Virus record (IMG/VR): IMGVR_UViG_3300020576_005257
Coordinates: 64,001-128,000 of that record
Source: a virus
Taxonomy: Duplodnaviria; Caudoviricetes
Reading direction: 5' to 3' (one strand)
DNA: 64,000 nt
The notes beneath the pieces were generated by a model. It searched no databases. It worked only from the letters and a program-made list of their open reading frames with translations, and was not told the origin of the DNA. Positions 37,512 to 46,797 of the stretch are shown piece after piece. The position numbers and the translations under genes were made by a program. The first letter of the stretch is position 1, and every line of letters starts with the position of its first letter.

Positions 37512-38384
37512 TTAGTTATCCAAATGAAGAGTTCTGTTAGCTAAATTTAAAGACTGAACTGTTAAATTAGTAAAGGGTAAAACCTCTCTAATCCAAGCAA
37601 AAACAGTATTCTTGTCAGCATTAAAAAATGCTTGCTCCATTAACTTGTTATCATAATAGTATTTATCCTTTTTAGCGGCAAATTTATTCTCAAATAATTC
37701 TTTACTAACTCCACAGAAATACATAAAGGATCTTACTGGTATAAATACCTTATCTGCAATAAGAGTCCCCTGAATAGTTTCTTTAGATCCAGCTTTAGTG
37801 ATTGTAATCGGTATTGCTAGATTTGTCAGTGTGATTGGTGTGGGTGTACTGGAGGAACTGGTTTGTTTGATTAAATCCAAAACCCACGTTTTATTGACTT
37901 TAGTGCCTGGACAGGTTTTACTTGTTTTAGGATCTTCCCTATGAAAAAGAATAGTCTTTTCAGTGGGAACAATTCCCGCCCACTCACAAAGCACATTTAC
38001 AAGCTTAGCACACTCAGTCCAACAAGCAAGCCCCCTTCCAGATTTAGGGTCTTCTGAGTCATAATCTCCTAGTGTTTCAATACCAAGAGCAAAGGAGTTA
38101 AAACTAGCAGCATGAATTCCTTTCTCAGTAACAGGCGTCATACCAAAAATCTGATCTTCGTCAACGAAGAAGTGTGGTCCCCGATCCCAATGTTTCTTAT
38201 TAATATAGAAGTCTCTAATATTAATAATATGTTGCAAAGTAAACCCCTTTGGCCTTTGGGTCAAAGAGGGAGCAGCAGTGTGATGAATAGTAATCGCCTT
38301 AAACCACTTGGGAACTGGAACCTTCTTTAACTCTTCTCTTAGAGTTTCAGGGGTCCATACCTTACCTACTGCTTTATAACTCAT
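37512..38384 (-). CDS. N-acetylmuramoyl-L-alanine amidase (Amidase_2), probable endolysin
   Basis: ITIHHTA, HFFVD, HA..FN..ALGIE, FHRE...KTCPG; S/T/P linker and a C-terminal domain with FIPVR. Confidence 0.88.
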   Translation of the reverse strand: MSYKAVGKVWTPETLREELKKVPVPKWFKAITIHHTAAPSLTQRPKGFTLQHIINIRDFYINKKHWDRGPHFFVDEDQIFGMTPVTEKGIHAASFNSFALGIETLGDYDSEDPKSGRGLACWTECAKLVNVLCEWAGIVPTEKTILFHREDPKTSKTCPGTKVNKTWVLDLIKQTSSSSTPTPITLTNLAIPITITKAGSKETIQGTLIADKVFIPVRSFMYFCGVSKELFENKFAAKKDKYYYDNKLMEQAFFNADKNTVFAWIREVLPFTNLTVQSLNLANRTLHLDN

Positions 38385-38954
38385 TTAAATAAGCACCTGA
38401 TCTGTTGATTCGGTGGATTGTTCAGGAGAAAGCAGAGCAACCATCAAACAAACCATTCTCTTCTCAGCAATGGTCGGCTCAAAAGGCAACCCTGATCTCA
38501 TGATCTTACCTTTTGCCCCAGTCTTCTCAAGGAATCCTTCTACCTGAATGTTAATCTGATCGGATGCTCTGATAATCTGGAGGAATAACTGGCTGTCAGG
38601 AAGCTTACCAGTATATTCAGCATCTACACCTTCAAGCTCTTCGGTGGAAATTTCTTTTACTGGAATTGACATACAGAACTTATTAAATTCTGTGTTGGAA
38701 GTTTCCCAATCACTTCCACCTGGATCCACAAAGTCCTCAGGAAGAGAAAGGTTTTGCACTACACTGTAAACATCGTCGAAGATAGCTGAATGTGCTCTAA
38801 TTAAACACACAGGATCTTTGCCCAGAATGGTGTTAAGAATAATGTTTTGAAATTCTTTGGTAAGAACCGCAACTCTCTCTTCCTGGGTCATCTTAGTAAG
38901 TTCGTAATTTTCCACTCTTTCTTGGATTGTCATAGTTTTAGTTAGTTTCCTCAT
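38385..38954 (-). CDS. hypothetical protein
   Basis: 189-aa ORF. Confidence 0.65.
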   Translation of the reverse strand: MRKLTKTMTIQERVENYELTKMTQEERVAVLTKEFQNIILNTILGKDPVCLIRAHSAIFDDVYSVVQNLSLPEDFVDPGGSDWETSNTEFNKFCMSIPVKEISTEELEGVDAEYTGKLPDSQLFLQIIRASDQINIQVEGFLEKTGAKGKIMRSGLPFEPTIAEKRMVCLMVALLSPEQSTESTDQVLI

Positions 38955-39150
38955 TCACAATAATATTGATGGTTCCAGTCTGTTGGTTCAGAGGGTTATC
39001 ATCAATCTTAAAATCGTATCCTTTTCCTTTCTTCAAATTCTTAGTGCCAGTATTAAGAATTTTCAATTCCTTGGCTCTTTCAATTTGATCTTCAAGTTCA
39101 GTAATGTTGTGGATTTTTCCATCCTTTCCTTCAAATTCAATATGTTCCAT
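38938..39150 (-). CDS. hypothetical protein
   Basis: 70-aa ORF within the operon. Confidence 0.55.
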   Translation of the reverse strand: MEHIEFEGKDGKIHNITELEDQIERAKELKILNTGTKNLKKGKGYDFKIDDNPLNQQTGTINIIVNEETN

Positions 39151-39165
39151 ATTCGTTTTATAGTG

Positions 39166-39615
39166 TTATTGCCAAGAAGATATTTTTTTCGTCTGAGAAA
39201 AATCAGGTTTCAATTCTCCTTCAAATATACTGTAAATTGGTGGATTATTTTTAGTGACTGTAACTGTCAATCTTAGAGTACCTAACTTACTTTTAGAATC
39301 AATGCTTTGTAAGACAAACAAAGCTTCTTTTTCCATTTGAGTTTGAATGATTCCAACAAGATTAATAAACTCTTTATAATGTTCACCCATAAAAACTACT
39401 GAATATTTATCATTTAAAATATCTGAGTTATTAGTTACAGGATCAAAAACAGGAGTCACAAATACTGGACTTTTAATTCCACTGATAAGAGGATCATCAA
39501 AATTCAAAATAGATTGAAGCTTTCTTTTTGGACCCCATCCCCCATCTACTTCAAAATGACCTACCCAAGAGTAAGGTTTAATGTGTTTAGTAAAATATTT
39601 ATTCATTAGACGCAA
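39166..39615 (-). CDS. hypothetical protein
   Basis: 149-aa ORF. Confidence 0.6.
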   Translation of the reverse strand: MRLMNKYFTKHIKPYSWVGHFEVDGGWGPKRKLQSILNFDDPLISGIKSPVFVTPVFDPVTNNSDILNDKYSVVFMGEHYKEFINLVGIIQTQMEKEALFVLQSIDSKSKLGTLRLTVTVTKNNPPIYSIFEGELKPDFSQTKKISSWQ

Positions 39616-39827
39616 ATCACAATATCATCATTCAATTGAATTAATTTATGTGCTTTCTTAGTTCCTTTATGGAAGTTAAGATAATACCTATATTCAATGT
39701 AAGCAGAAGTTCTCATTTTCCACTCTTTTTCAGCAAGCTTATTTCTTTGAGTAATTTTCTTGGTTTGACCAAGATTAATTAAACCCAATGGGAATTTTAA
39801 GTATTGAGACGATTCTTCCATTTCCAA
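39606..39827 (-). CDS. hypothetical protein
   Basis: 73-aa overlap-coupled ORF. Confidence 0.5.
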   Translation of the reverse strand: MEMEESSQYLKFPLGLINLGQTKKITQRNKLAEKEWKMRTSAYIEYRYYLNFHKGTKKAHKLIQLNDDIVICV

Positions 39828-40423
39828 ATCTTCAATGCTGAGAGAAAAATATCAAAAATGACTTCCTGATCATTTTTAGATACTTCTTCCTCCTCCCATT
39901 GTCCTGTAATTTTATTAAGCTTTACAATAAACAATTTACAATTACTTAACTGGAAATTGGGGGGAAGTGAATCTTGTTCTGAGACTACTTTATCACAACC
40001 AGCATATGCACAAATTTGTAGATAATGGTCGTCTTGGATTTTTTTAGATGTTTTAAATTCTAAGATAGCATAAGTACCATCTTTAAGTTCAGCTATGGCA
40101 TCTAGGGCTCCGTGGTATTTGTGTTTAGTGGATATGATTTCTACATCTCTACAAATCCATCTTTTAACGTTTTTAGACACCCATTCATCAAAACTAGTAA
40201 TGATGGGCTGAATCTCCACAGGAGCAGCTGTAGCTATCCCACCAATAGATTCAGAGACACTGGTATGAACTGATTTACCGAAATCAGAAGATTGTTGTCT
40301 TTCTTTATCAGCAACTTCTTTACCAACCCTATTAACATATTTTTCAATATAAGGTTTTGCAATAACAGCAAGCACGGCTGATACAGAAGGGTACTGTTTA
40401 TAGTTTGTTTTTGTGTACATCAA
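39797..40423 (-). CDS. PD-(D/E)XK (Cas4/RecB-like) exonuclease
   Basis: YPSVSAVL, GKSVH, YHGALD, ILEFKTS, LQICAY. Confidence 0.85.
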   Translation of the reverse strand: MMYTKTNYKQYPSVSAVLAVIAKPYIEKYVNRVGKEVADKERQQSSDFGKSVHTSVSESIGGIATAAPVEIQPIITSFDEWVSKNVKRWICRDVEIISTKHKYHGALDAIAELKDGTYAILEFKTSKKIQDDHYLQICAYAGCDKVVSEQDSLPPNFQLSNCKLFIVKLNKITGQWEEEEVSKNDQEVIFDIFLSALKIWKWKNRLNT

Positions 40424-40435
40424 TGTATAGTGTAA

Positions 40436-42607
40436 CTATACAGGATTCCAGTTATTACAAACTTCAACAATCTTGTTTAAATCTTCTTTATTTAACCACC
40501 ATCCTACAGGAATGGATACTTGCTGTTTGGCAAATTGTTCAACTCCTGGAAGATCCTTTTCAATAAAGGGTTTGGTTATAGTATATCTATCATTCCTATA
40601 GTGGACAGGATTTGCTTCAATACCATTCTTTGCCATATAAGCAATGAATTCATCTACATTTTGCGTTAATACCGAAATGCTCATTAACCAATAAGAACAT
40701 TTATCATCAAATACTGGGAGAGATAGAAACGGATTTGTAATGTTGTTAATCAGATAATTAGCATGCTTTCTATGCTTCTTCACTGATAACTTGGCTTCTG
40801 ATAGATTAGCTAAACCGATGGCGGCACAAACATCGTTCATATGGTACTTGTAACCATTGTGTTTTAGATCTTGGGCACATCTAAATGACTGTCCAAGAGT
40901 TCTATCTAACCCATACCACCTAAGTAATCTAGCCAGCTTCTCTTTTTCAGGATCGTTTGTGATAAGACACCCGCCATCACTAGTGGTAAGAAACTTAATA
41001 GCCTGGAAGGAGTAACATATATAATCCCCTCTCTCCAGTTTTTGATGTTGGCTAAAGTAATCCCAACAGTGAGCTGCATCTTCGATTACAGGAATACCAA
41101 ACTTCTTTAAAGCTTTATAATCACAAGGTTTACCAGCCCAGTTTACAGCTATGATCGCTTTGGTTTTAGGAGTAATAAGTCTTTCAACTGATTTAGGATC
41201 AATTAACCAAGTGCCTTCCTGTACGTCAGCCCACCTAATCTTAGCACCTCTGTGCAGTATGTGACAATTAGACGCATAACAATTATGAAGAACCATATTC
41301 CAAGCAATGAAATTTTGATTATCTTCTACTTGAATGCAGTAGACGTATTTAGGTTTTACATAACTAGGTGGCTTTTCTTGTTTAAGTAAATATTCAGCAT
41401 AGTGTACTTCTCTGGGAGTTTTAATAATCCAATTTTCAGGATTATATTCAGTATACCCTTCCGGAACCTTATACCTAAAACAAGGAAGGATAAAGCTGGA
41501 TATCATAGATAAGAATTTATCTATATCGCTGTTTACTAACCCTAAACATATTCTGTTTCCTTTGTTATTAGGAGATTTAATTGATGTTGGTTTAAAACCT
41601 AAATCAACCATCTTATAAAACAACTTCCAAAAAGATTGAATATCAAAAGAATCTGTACAGAAAACAATTTTAGAGGGATTTCCGTTTTCGTCCCTTCCAA
41701 GTGAACCATCACCCATGTACCAAACTGCCAAAGTTTCTGGAGTTAAAACCAAATCATCTGGAACGATTTTTGATTTTGTTGGATACCAACGATGTTTCTG
41801 CTTCATCCAGAAAGGATGGACAGAGCTTTGATAAGCTAAGGCTTCTTGACTTTGGTTTCTTTGGGGCCTAGGATAAAGCAAGCCTCCTAATAAATTCTTA
41901 GCCAAACTTGCTAACTCAGCTTTATCATGTACAAAAGCTGTAGATAATCTAGATCCGTAACCTTTGTTAGTTTGAATACAACCATCACTAAGAATTAATC
42001 CATCTGCGAAGGACTTTTGAAGGGAGGTATATTCCTCATACTGAGTAGCTATTTTATCAGATTCAATGAGAGAATCTACTCTTTGCCAGGATCTGTCCTT
42101 CGTTAAAACTTGATGATCAGCAGTTAACCAAACACCTTGATGAAAAATATTAGAATCATCCTTTGAAAGCAGTTTCTTGATAGCTAATTTATACCACTGT
42201 TCTGTGGAAGGGTGTTTAATCCAATTAGTAATTTTCTTAGGTTCTAATTGTCCCGTAGAAGTATTTAAAGAAACAACTTCAACTGCTTCTTTGTTATCTA
42301 CTAGATCTCCCATACTTCTTGTGGTACCATCTGCCAATAGAACTGGAGTGTTACTACTAACACAGGTGACTGGAACTGTGATTACCTCTGAATCAGAATC
42401 TACACCGCATAGTTCTAGGGCCAGATCAATGGCACTTGTACAGGAATTCACAGTCACAGGTGTACCCTTTGTTCCTAAAGCTTCTTTGAGCTTCTGTTCA
42501 AACAAATCTACTTTAGGACCTTGACCAATAAAACCACTAGAAAGTACTTCATTTACTAACTTCTTGGCGGATCTGGCCATCTTGACTTTAAACAATCGTA
42601 TCATCAA
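40436..42607 (-). CDS. DegT/DnrJ/EryC1/StrS PLP-dependent sugar aminotransferase containing an intein
   Basis: GPKVDLFE, VNSCTSA, IEDAAH, SFQAIKFLTTSDGG (PLP Lys), GYKYHMND; 362 aa after splicing. Confidence 0.92.
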   Translation of the reverse strand: MMIRLFKVKMARSAKKLVNEVLSSGFIGQGPKVDLFEQKLKEALGTKGTPVTVNSCTSAIDLALELCGVDSDSEVITVPVTCVSSNTPVLLADGTTRSMGDLVDNKEAVEVVSLNTSTGQLEPKKITNWIKHPSTEQWYKLAIKKLLSKDDSNIFHQGVWLTADHQVLTKDRSWQRVDSLIESDKIATQYEEYTSLQKSFADGLILSDGCIQTNKGYGSRLSTAFVHDKAELASLAKNLLGGLLYPRPQRNQSQEALAYQSSVHPFWMKQKHRWYPTKSKIVPDDLVLTPETLAVWYMGDGSLGRDENGNPSKIVFCTDSFDIQSFWKLFYKMVDLGFKPTSIKSPNNKGNRICLGLVNSDIDKFLSMISSFILPCFRYKVPEGYTEYNPENWIIKTPREVHYAEYLLKQEKPPSYVKPKYVYCIQVEDNQNFIAWNMVLHNCYASNCHILHRGAKIRWADVQEGTWLIDPKSVERLITPKTKAIIAVNWAGKPCDYKALKKFGIPVIEDAAHCWDYFSQHQKLERGDYICYSFQAIKFLTTSDGGCLITNDPEKEKLARLLRWYGLDRTLGQSFRCAQDLKHNGYKYHMNDVCAAIGLANLSEAKLSVKKHRKHANYLINNITNPFLSLPVFDDKCSYWLMSISVLTQNVDEFIAYMAKNGIEANPVHYRNDRYTITKPFIEKDLPGVEQFAKQQVSIPVGWWLNKEDLNKIVEVCNNWNPV
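41282..42364 (-). mobile_element. 361-aa LAGLIDADG intein in the DegT aminotransferase
   Basis: Starts CVSSNTPVLLADG; block B TADH; GLILSDG and VWYMGDG; ends NMVLHN followed by Cys. Confidence 0.92.
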
Positions 42608-42926
42608 TTTCTACCTTAAAATCTTCTACTTTTGGAAAAACTAAATCCATACCAGACTCTTTCCAAAAGTCTTGAGAGCTGACAAGAGTATTTCTAAAAC
42701 AAATTTCAGCTGAGGATTTTACTAGTTCCATAATCTTATTAAAATCATCTTCATTTAATTTTTGAAGTTCTTTATTAAGATCCAATTCCTGTCTTCCCAC
42801 TACTCTCTTTCTAATAACTGTATCAGTTAATAGCTCTTTATAATCAAAGTAACTTATTACAGTTTCCACATAATGTTTATCTGTAAAGAAGTCTTTTGTA
42901 ATTTTTATCTTTAAGTCGAATTCCAT
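42588..42926 (-). CDS. hypothetical protein
   Basis: 112-aa ORF with AAGGA site. Confidence 0.6.
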   Translation of the reverse strand: MEFDLKIKITKDFFTDKHYVETVISYFDYKELLTDTVIRKRVVGRQELDLNKELQKLNEDDFNKIMELVKSSAEICFRNTLVSSQDFWKESGMDLVFPKVEDFKVEIDDTIV

Positions 42927-42997
42927 AATAGTCCTTGAACTTTATAATCTAAAACTAGTGTTTATATGTAAGCTAATTTTAGATTTTGACTAGGACT

Positions 42998-43711
42998 TTA
43001 GTCTTTATCTCTTACGTTATAAGTGTTTGATCGGCTTCCCATCTGATCTGAAAAAATGGCTTTGTATTGTCCCATAATATGGTTACACTTACATAACCCA
43101 AATACTCTACCCATTTGGTCATACCAGGTAGCATCCAGATTTCTAGTTTGAACTGGAAGATGTAGGCCAGCTTCTATGGGTTGTTTTATACTAAATGAGC
43201 CCTGAGATGCGTCAATTGTACAGCTACCATATAGGTCGTGAACGTGATTATGTGCAAAACCCCTTATTGGTACATCGGGTGGGGTTTCTACAAAAGGATC
43301 AAATGTAGAGACATGGCAATATGAATAAACTACGTCAGGATTATCTTTGTACCAATCATTTAGTTTCTCCAAGTAGTCTGGGAGGAGCATATCATCGTCA
43401 CATGCAAAAATAAAATAATCAGCATCACTTTTCTTTAATGCTTCTGTCATGTACAGACCATGATGACTGCCACCTTGTGCTTCTTTTTGTTGAGGAGTGT
43501 GTGGAATATAGTCAAAAGTTATTTTGTCAAGATGCTCAGATAACATTTCCTCAACAATAGGTCTAACCTGAAGACCCTCTCTACTTCCATCATCAATAAC
43601 GTGAAGATGCCAATTAGTATAAGTTTGATCTTTAATGCTTTGTAACATGTTTCTACACATGTTCGGTCTTTCAAAAAAAGCAAACAATATGAGAAATTTG
43701 AAATCCTTCAT
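42998..43711 (-). CDS. GT2-family glycosyltransferase
   Basis: LQSIKDQTYTNW, VIDDGS, ACDDD. Confidence 0.85.
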   Translation of the reverse strand: MKDFKFLILFAFFERPNMCRNMLQSIKDQTYTNWHLHVIDDGSREGLQVRPIVEEMLSEHLDKITFDYIPHTPQQKEAQGGSHHGLYMTEALKKSDADYFIFACDDDMLLPDYLEKLNDWYKDNPDVVYSYCHVSTFDPFVETPPDVPIRGFAHNHVHDLYGSCTIDASQGSFSIKQPIEAGLHLPVQTRNLDATWYDQMGRVFGLCKCNHIMGQYKAIFSDQMGSRSNTYNVRDKD

Positions 43712-44394
43712 TACAGCAAACCACCATCAAGCTTTAAAACAGTTCCGTTACAATACTCAGTATCAACTAGAAATTTAATAGTGTTAACTAATTCTTCTGC
43801 TTTTCCAAATCGCCTCAAAGGAATATTTTTCAAAGTAGCTTCTTTAATATTTTCAGGTAACTTATCACAAAGACCACCTTCAAAATAACCTAGTAAAATT
43901 GAATTCCAAGTAGAACCATGTTTAGCATTTTCTAATGCAGCAACTCTAATTAAGTTGTCAGTAAAGGCTTTAGACGCTGAATATAGTCCTGCGCCTTTTA
44001 CTGGTTTCTGGGAAAGCACTGAGCTAATTTGAATAAACCTACCTTTACATTCTCTTTCACCCCAATAAATACTAACTTCTTTGATTAAATTATAAGCACC
44101 AGTTACGTTAACAGCTATTGATTTTTCAATATTTGTTGGAGTAGAGTCTACAAGTAAACCATCATAACTAACAGTTGCTAAGTTAACTACAATATCAGGC
44201 TTAAAAACTCTTAAAGTAGCCCTAACCATTTGGATATCAGTAATATCACATTCTTTAGAAGAGAAGTCAATAACCGTATAATCCTTAGATAACAAAGGAG
44301 TAATAGCTTTTCCAAGACCTCCTTGACCACCAACCAGAACACAAATCGGTTTCTTAAGCTGAAAAGAATCGGAAATATTATTCAGCTTGTCCAT
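43711..44394 (-). CDS. short-chain dehydrogenase/reductase (FabG-like)
   Basis: GGQGGLG, ISS, YSASK, IPLRRFG, DGG. Confidence 0.9.
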   Translation of the reverse strand: MDKLNNISDSFQLKKPICVLVGGQGGLGKAITPLLSKDYTVIDFSSKECDITDIQMVRATLRVFKPDIVVNLATVSYDGLLVDSTPTNIEKSIAVNVTGAYNLIKEVSIYWGERECKGRFIQISSVLSQKPVKGAGLYSASKAFTDNLIRVAALENAKHGSTWNSILLGYFEGGLCDKLPENIKEATLKNIPLRRFGKAEELVNTIKFLVDTEYCNGTVLKLDGGLL

Positions 44395-44695
44395 AAACTT
44401 CTGCTTCGTTAATCAACTTAAAACCAATAGGTCTACTAGTTTGTGGAGTATCTCCTTCCGACCACTCCAAACATAGAAAATTACCATCTTGAGCACAAAG
44501 ACCATTTAACAAGCCAAGAAACCCTACAGTAGCAAAAGGTCTATCTGTCTCATAGCCAAGCATATCTACTTGAATATATGGGTGATCTTGAAGAGTCTTA
44601 TTACAAGGAACCCTATTGCAAACTAAACTGTGTACAGCATGAGGATCAGCTTCAAATGCCTCATTCATTAATTCTAACAGTTTTTCACTAATCAT
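44378..44695 (-). CDS. hypothetical phage protein
   Basis: RVPCN...HPYIQV...VGFLGLLNG. Confidence 0.65.
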   Translation of the reverse strand: MISEKLLELMNEAFEADPHAVHSLVCNRVPCNKTLQDHPYIQVDMLGYETDRPFATVGFLGLLNGLCAQDGNFLCLEWSEGDTPQTSRPIGFKLINEAEVYGQAE

Positions 44696-44837
44696 TATAA
44701 AATTCTCCTACGGCTGGGTCAAACTCTGTAGCCCATGTTGGTGGTTCTGGGTTCTGTGCGGCGTAGGCTTGTTCAGGCCAGAAGCCATCAACCTCTCGCA
44801 TCTCACCACCCCAATCTTTGTAATACTTAATCTCCAC
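44688..44837 (-). CDS. 49-aa acidic protein (not in ORF track)
   Basis: GTG start after AGGTGG; VEIKYYKDWGGEMREVDGFWPEQ...GEFYND fills the gap. Confidence 0.5.
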   Translation of the reverse strand: MEIKYYKDWGGEMREVDGFWPEQAYAAQNPEPPTWATEFDPAVGEFYND

Positions 44838-45183
44838 TTTTTACCACCTGACAAAAGAAAGGGGGAACATAGAATCTTCCAGGAATAGCAAAGTTGATTT
44901 CGTTGTTATTCATCATTTCAATAAGAGTTGACTGTTGTTCATCATTGAAATGTTGGAAGTAGACTTTCCTATCATTAAGATAGCACTTGTAATTTTTATC
45001 AGTAGGTGTAACTTTATCACCTTCTTTTGCTCTCTTTAGAAATTCATCTGGATGTAGAGAACCACAAAAAGTACATTTGTTTTCCTTGTCCCACATATCA
45101 AGATTCTCAGTTCTTTCCCAAGGACCAAGTTCGTTTATTCTTCTAGGACAAGTCTGAAACTTTAGAGTATCAATATTAGTCAT
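44827..45183 (-). CDS. hypothetical Cys-containing phage protein
   Basis: CPRR...CTFCGSLHP...TDKNYK. Confidence 0.65.
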   Translation of the reverse strand: MTNIDTLKFQTCPRRINELGPWERTENLDMWDKENKCTFCGSLHPDEFLKRAKEGDKVTPTDKNYKCYLNDRKVYFQHFNDEQQSTLIEMMNNNEINFAIPGRFYVPPFFCQVVKSGD

Positions 45184-46196
45184 TAATTTTCCTCTTTAGG
45201 ATAGAAAGTATTGCTTCTTGTAAGCTTCTCACTATTAACGGCTTTGATCAAAGGATATGTTTCTGGTAACTGATAGTCTCGAATATTCTTGGAAGAGATG
45301 TCTTTCAACACATAATGACCTTCTTTGTAATCAGAATAGAACGGAGTGTAGTGTTTTATATCATCCTCAAGGAACGTTACGTGGGTGGCCTGGCTCCAAC
45401 GAGTGGAACCCTCTTCTGTAATCGCTGAACCACCATGCAGCAGATTAGCTGCCCAAATTAATGCTTCGCCCTTCTTAGCAAAAAAGTACTTATCTTCATA
45501 TCTTTTAGCTTTAATAAGCTGTCTTACAAAGTTTTCATATTCAGTATAATTATCCTTTTCACCTTTATATTCGGTGTGAGACATTTTAAGGTCTTGGAAT
45601 TCATAGATTGGTTCTTTATGAGAGCCAGGATAATACATTAAAGGTCCTTGATTGGGGCCAATATCCTCTAAGGCTGTCCAGAAACCACATACCCACCTAT
45701 GGGGCATAGAAGCAAAGTGACAATGGTCTGAGTGGGTAGGTTGTGCAGAACCAAGTTTGAAGTTGATAGTCTGGAAGGGAATTGCTCTTCGACCGTATAG
45801 AAACTCAATCACCTCCATTGCGATCTCATTTCTAGCTAACTCAAGAACATTCTTATTCCATTTCCAAGCTTCAAAGATTCGAGGACCATCATTATAATGG
45901 AAATGTCCTTCTTGAGTTTTAACTGCACCTTCCATGAGCTTTGTATCAAGCTCAGTAATAAGATCTTCTACAAATTTATCCTCTAAGTCAAGATTAATCT
46001 TAACAAAACCGTGTTTATAAAAGTGACGTGCTAACTCTTCAAACCACTCGGTCTTCCTTTGACCAACTTCTCCTTTAACTTGAGTCTTCCTAAATTCTTC
46101 TAGTTTGCCAGGAAGCAAACTATAAAAAAAAGGACTCTCGCAGAAAGGTATATTAGTAGCCTCAGGATCATTAAAATAGTTTTTAAGATTGTTCAT
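45183..46196 (-). CDS. phytanoyl-CoA-dioxygenase-family 2OG-Fe(II) oxygenase
   Basis: HSD, WTALED, GPLMYYPGSH, LLHGGS, TRWSQ. Confidence 0.9.
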   Translation of the reverse strand: MNNLKNYFNDPEATNIPFCESPFFYSLLPGKLEEFRKTQVKGEVGQRKTEWFEELARHFYKHGFVKINLDLEDKFVEDLITELDTKLMEGAVKTQEGHFHYNDGPRIFEAWKWNKNVLELARNEIAMEVIEFLYGRRAIPFQTINFKLGSAQPTHSDHCHFASMPHRWVCGFWTALEDIGPNQGPLMYYPGSHKEPIYEFQDLKMSHTEYKGEKDNYTEYENFVRQLIKAKRYEDKYFFAKKGEALIWAANLLHGGSAITEEGSTRWSQATHVTFLEDDIKHYTPFYSDYKEGHYVLKDISSKNIRDYQLPETYPLIKAVNSEKLTRSNTFYPKEEN

Positions 46197-46797
46197 TTTG
46201 TTTGTGTTCTCTCTTTTTTTGATGGGCTTTTACCATATTAGCGATATGTTCTGGAGATTTAGGTTTTCTCATTTTCTCTTTAGTTTCTTCAGATCTTTTC
46301 ACACCCAAAGGAGACGGAGGTTTACATCCTCTTTTTAAAGATAGTTCTCTTAGTTTTTCTTTAATTTCTGGAGTATGGGATATGCCTAATCTATACTTAT
46401 TGCCTTTTAATTTTTCAGAAATACGAGCCTTGGTTTCGGAACTGTGTTTTGCACCCCTGAAAGCATTATCAGTAAATTCACTATAATTAAACATTTCAAC
46501 TTCTTTGTTAAAAATATCGTAATAAAATTGTTCAGCTATAAGTAGATCTTCCAAAGACACCCTATCTACTATTACAAATTCAAATTGGTTCTCTCCATAT
46601 TTATTCCAAGCATTTTGTAAGTGTATATTTTTATGTTTGTTGTTTTTTAATTGGGAAATATGTTTATCTTTTCGAGCGGATAAGTTTATAGTCGATCCCA
46701 CATAAATTGCTGTAGTTATTTTATTAGTTATTATATAAATGATCCCAGGAACCGACATTGCTTCTGGGTCGTTCAAATAATCTTTAAGTTCGTTCAT
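46183..46797 (-). mobile_element. GIY-YIG homing endonuclease with NUMOD3, fused to a copy of the dioxygenase N-terminus
   Basis: IYIITNKITTAIYVGS, LQNAWNKYG, HSSETKARISE; first 17 aa match those of 45183..46196. Confidence 0.9.

Noticed and set aside
39797-40423. CRISPR-Cas locus around the Cas4-like nuclease
   Set aside because: No repeat-spacer array or other cas genes, and no four-Cys Fe-S pattern; solo PD-(D/E)XK nucleases are common in phages
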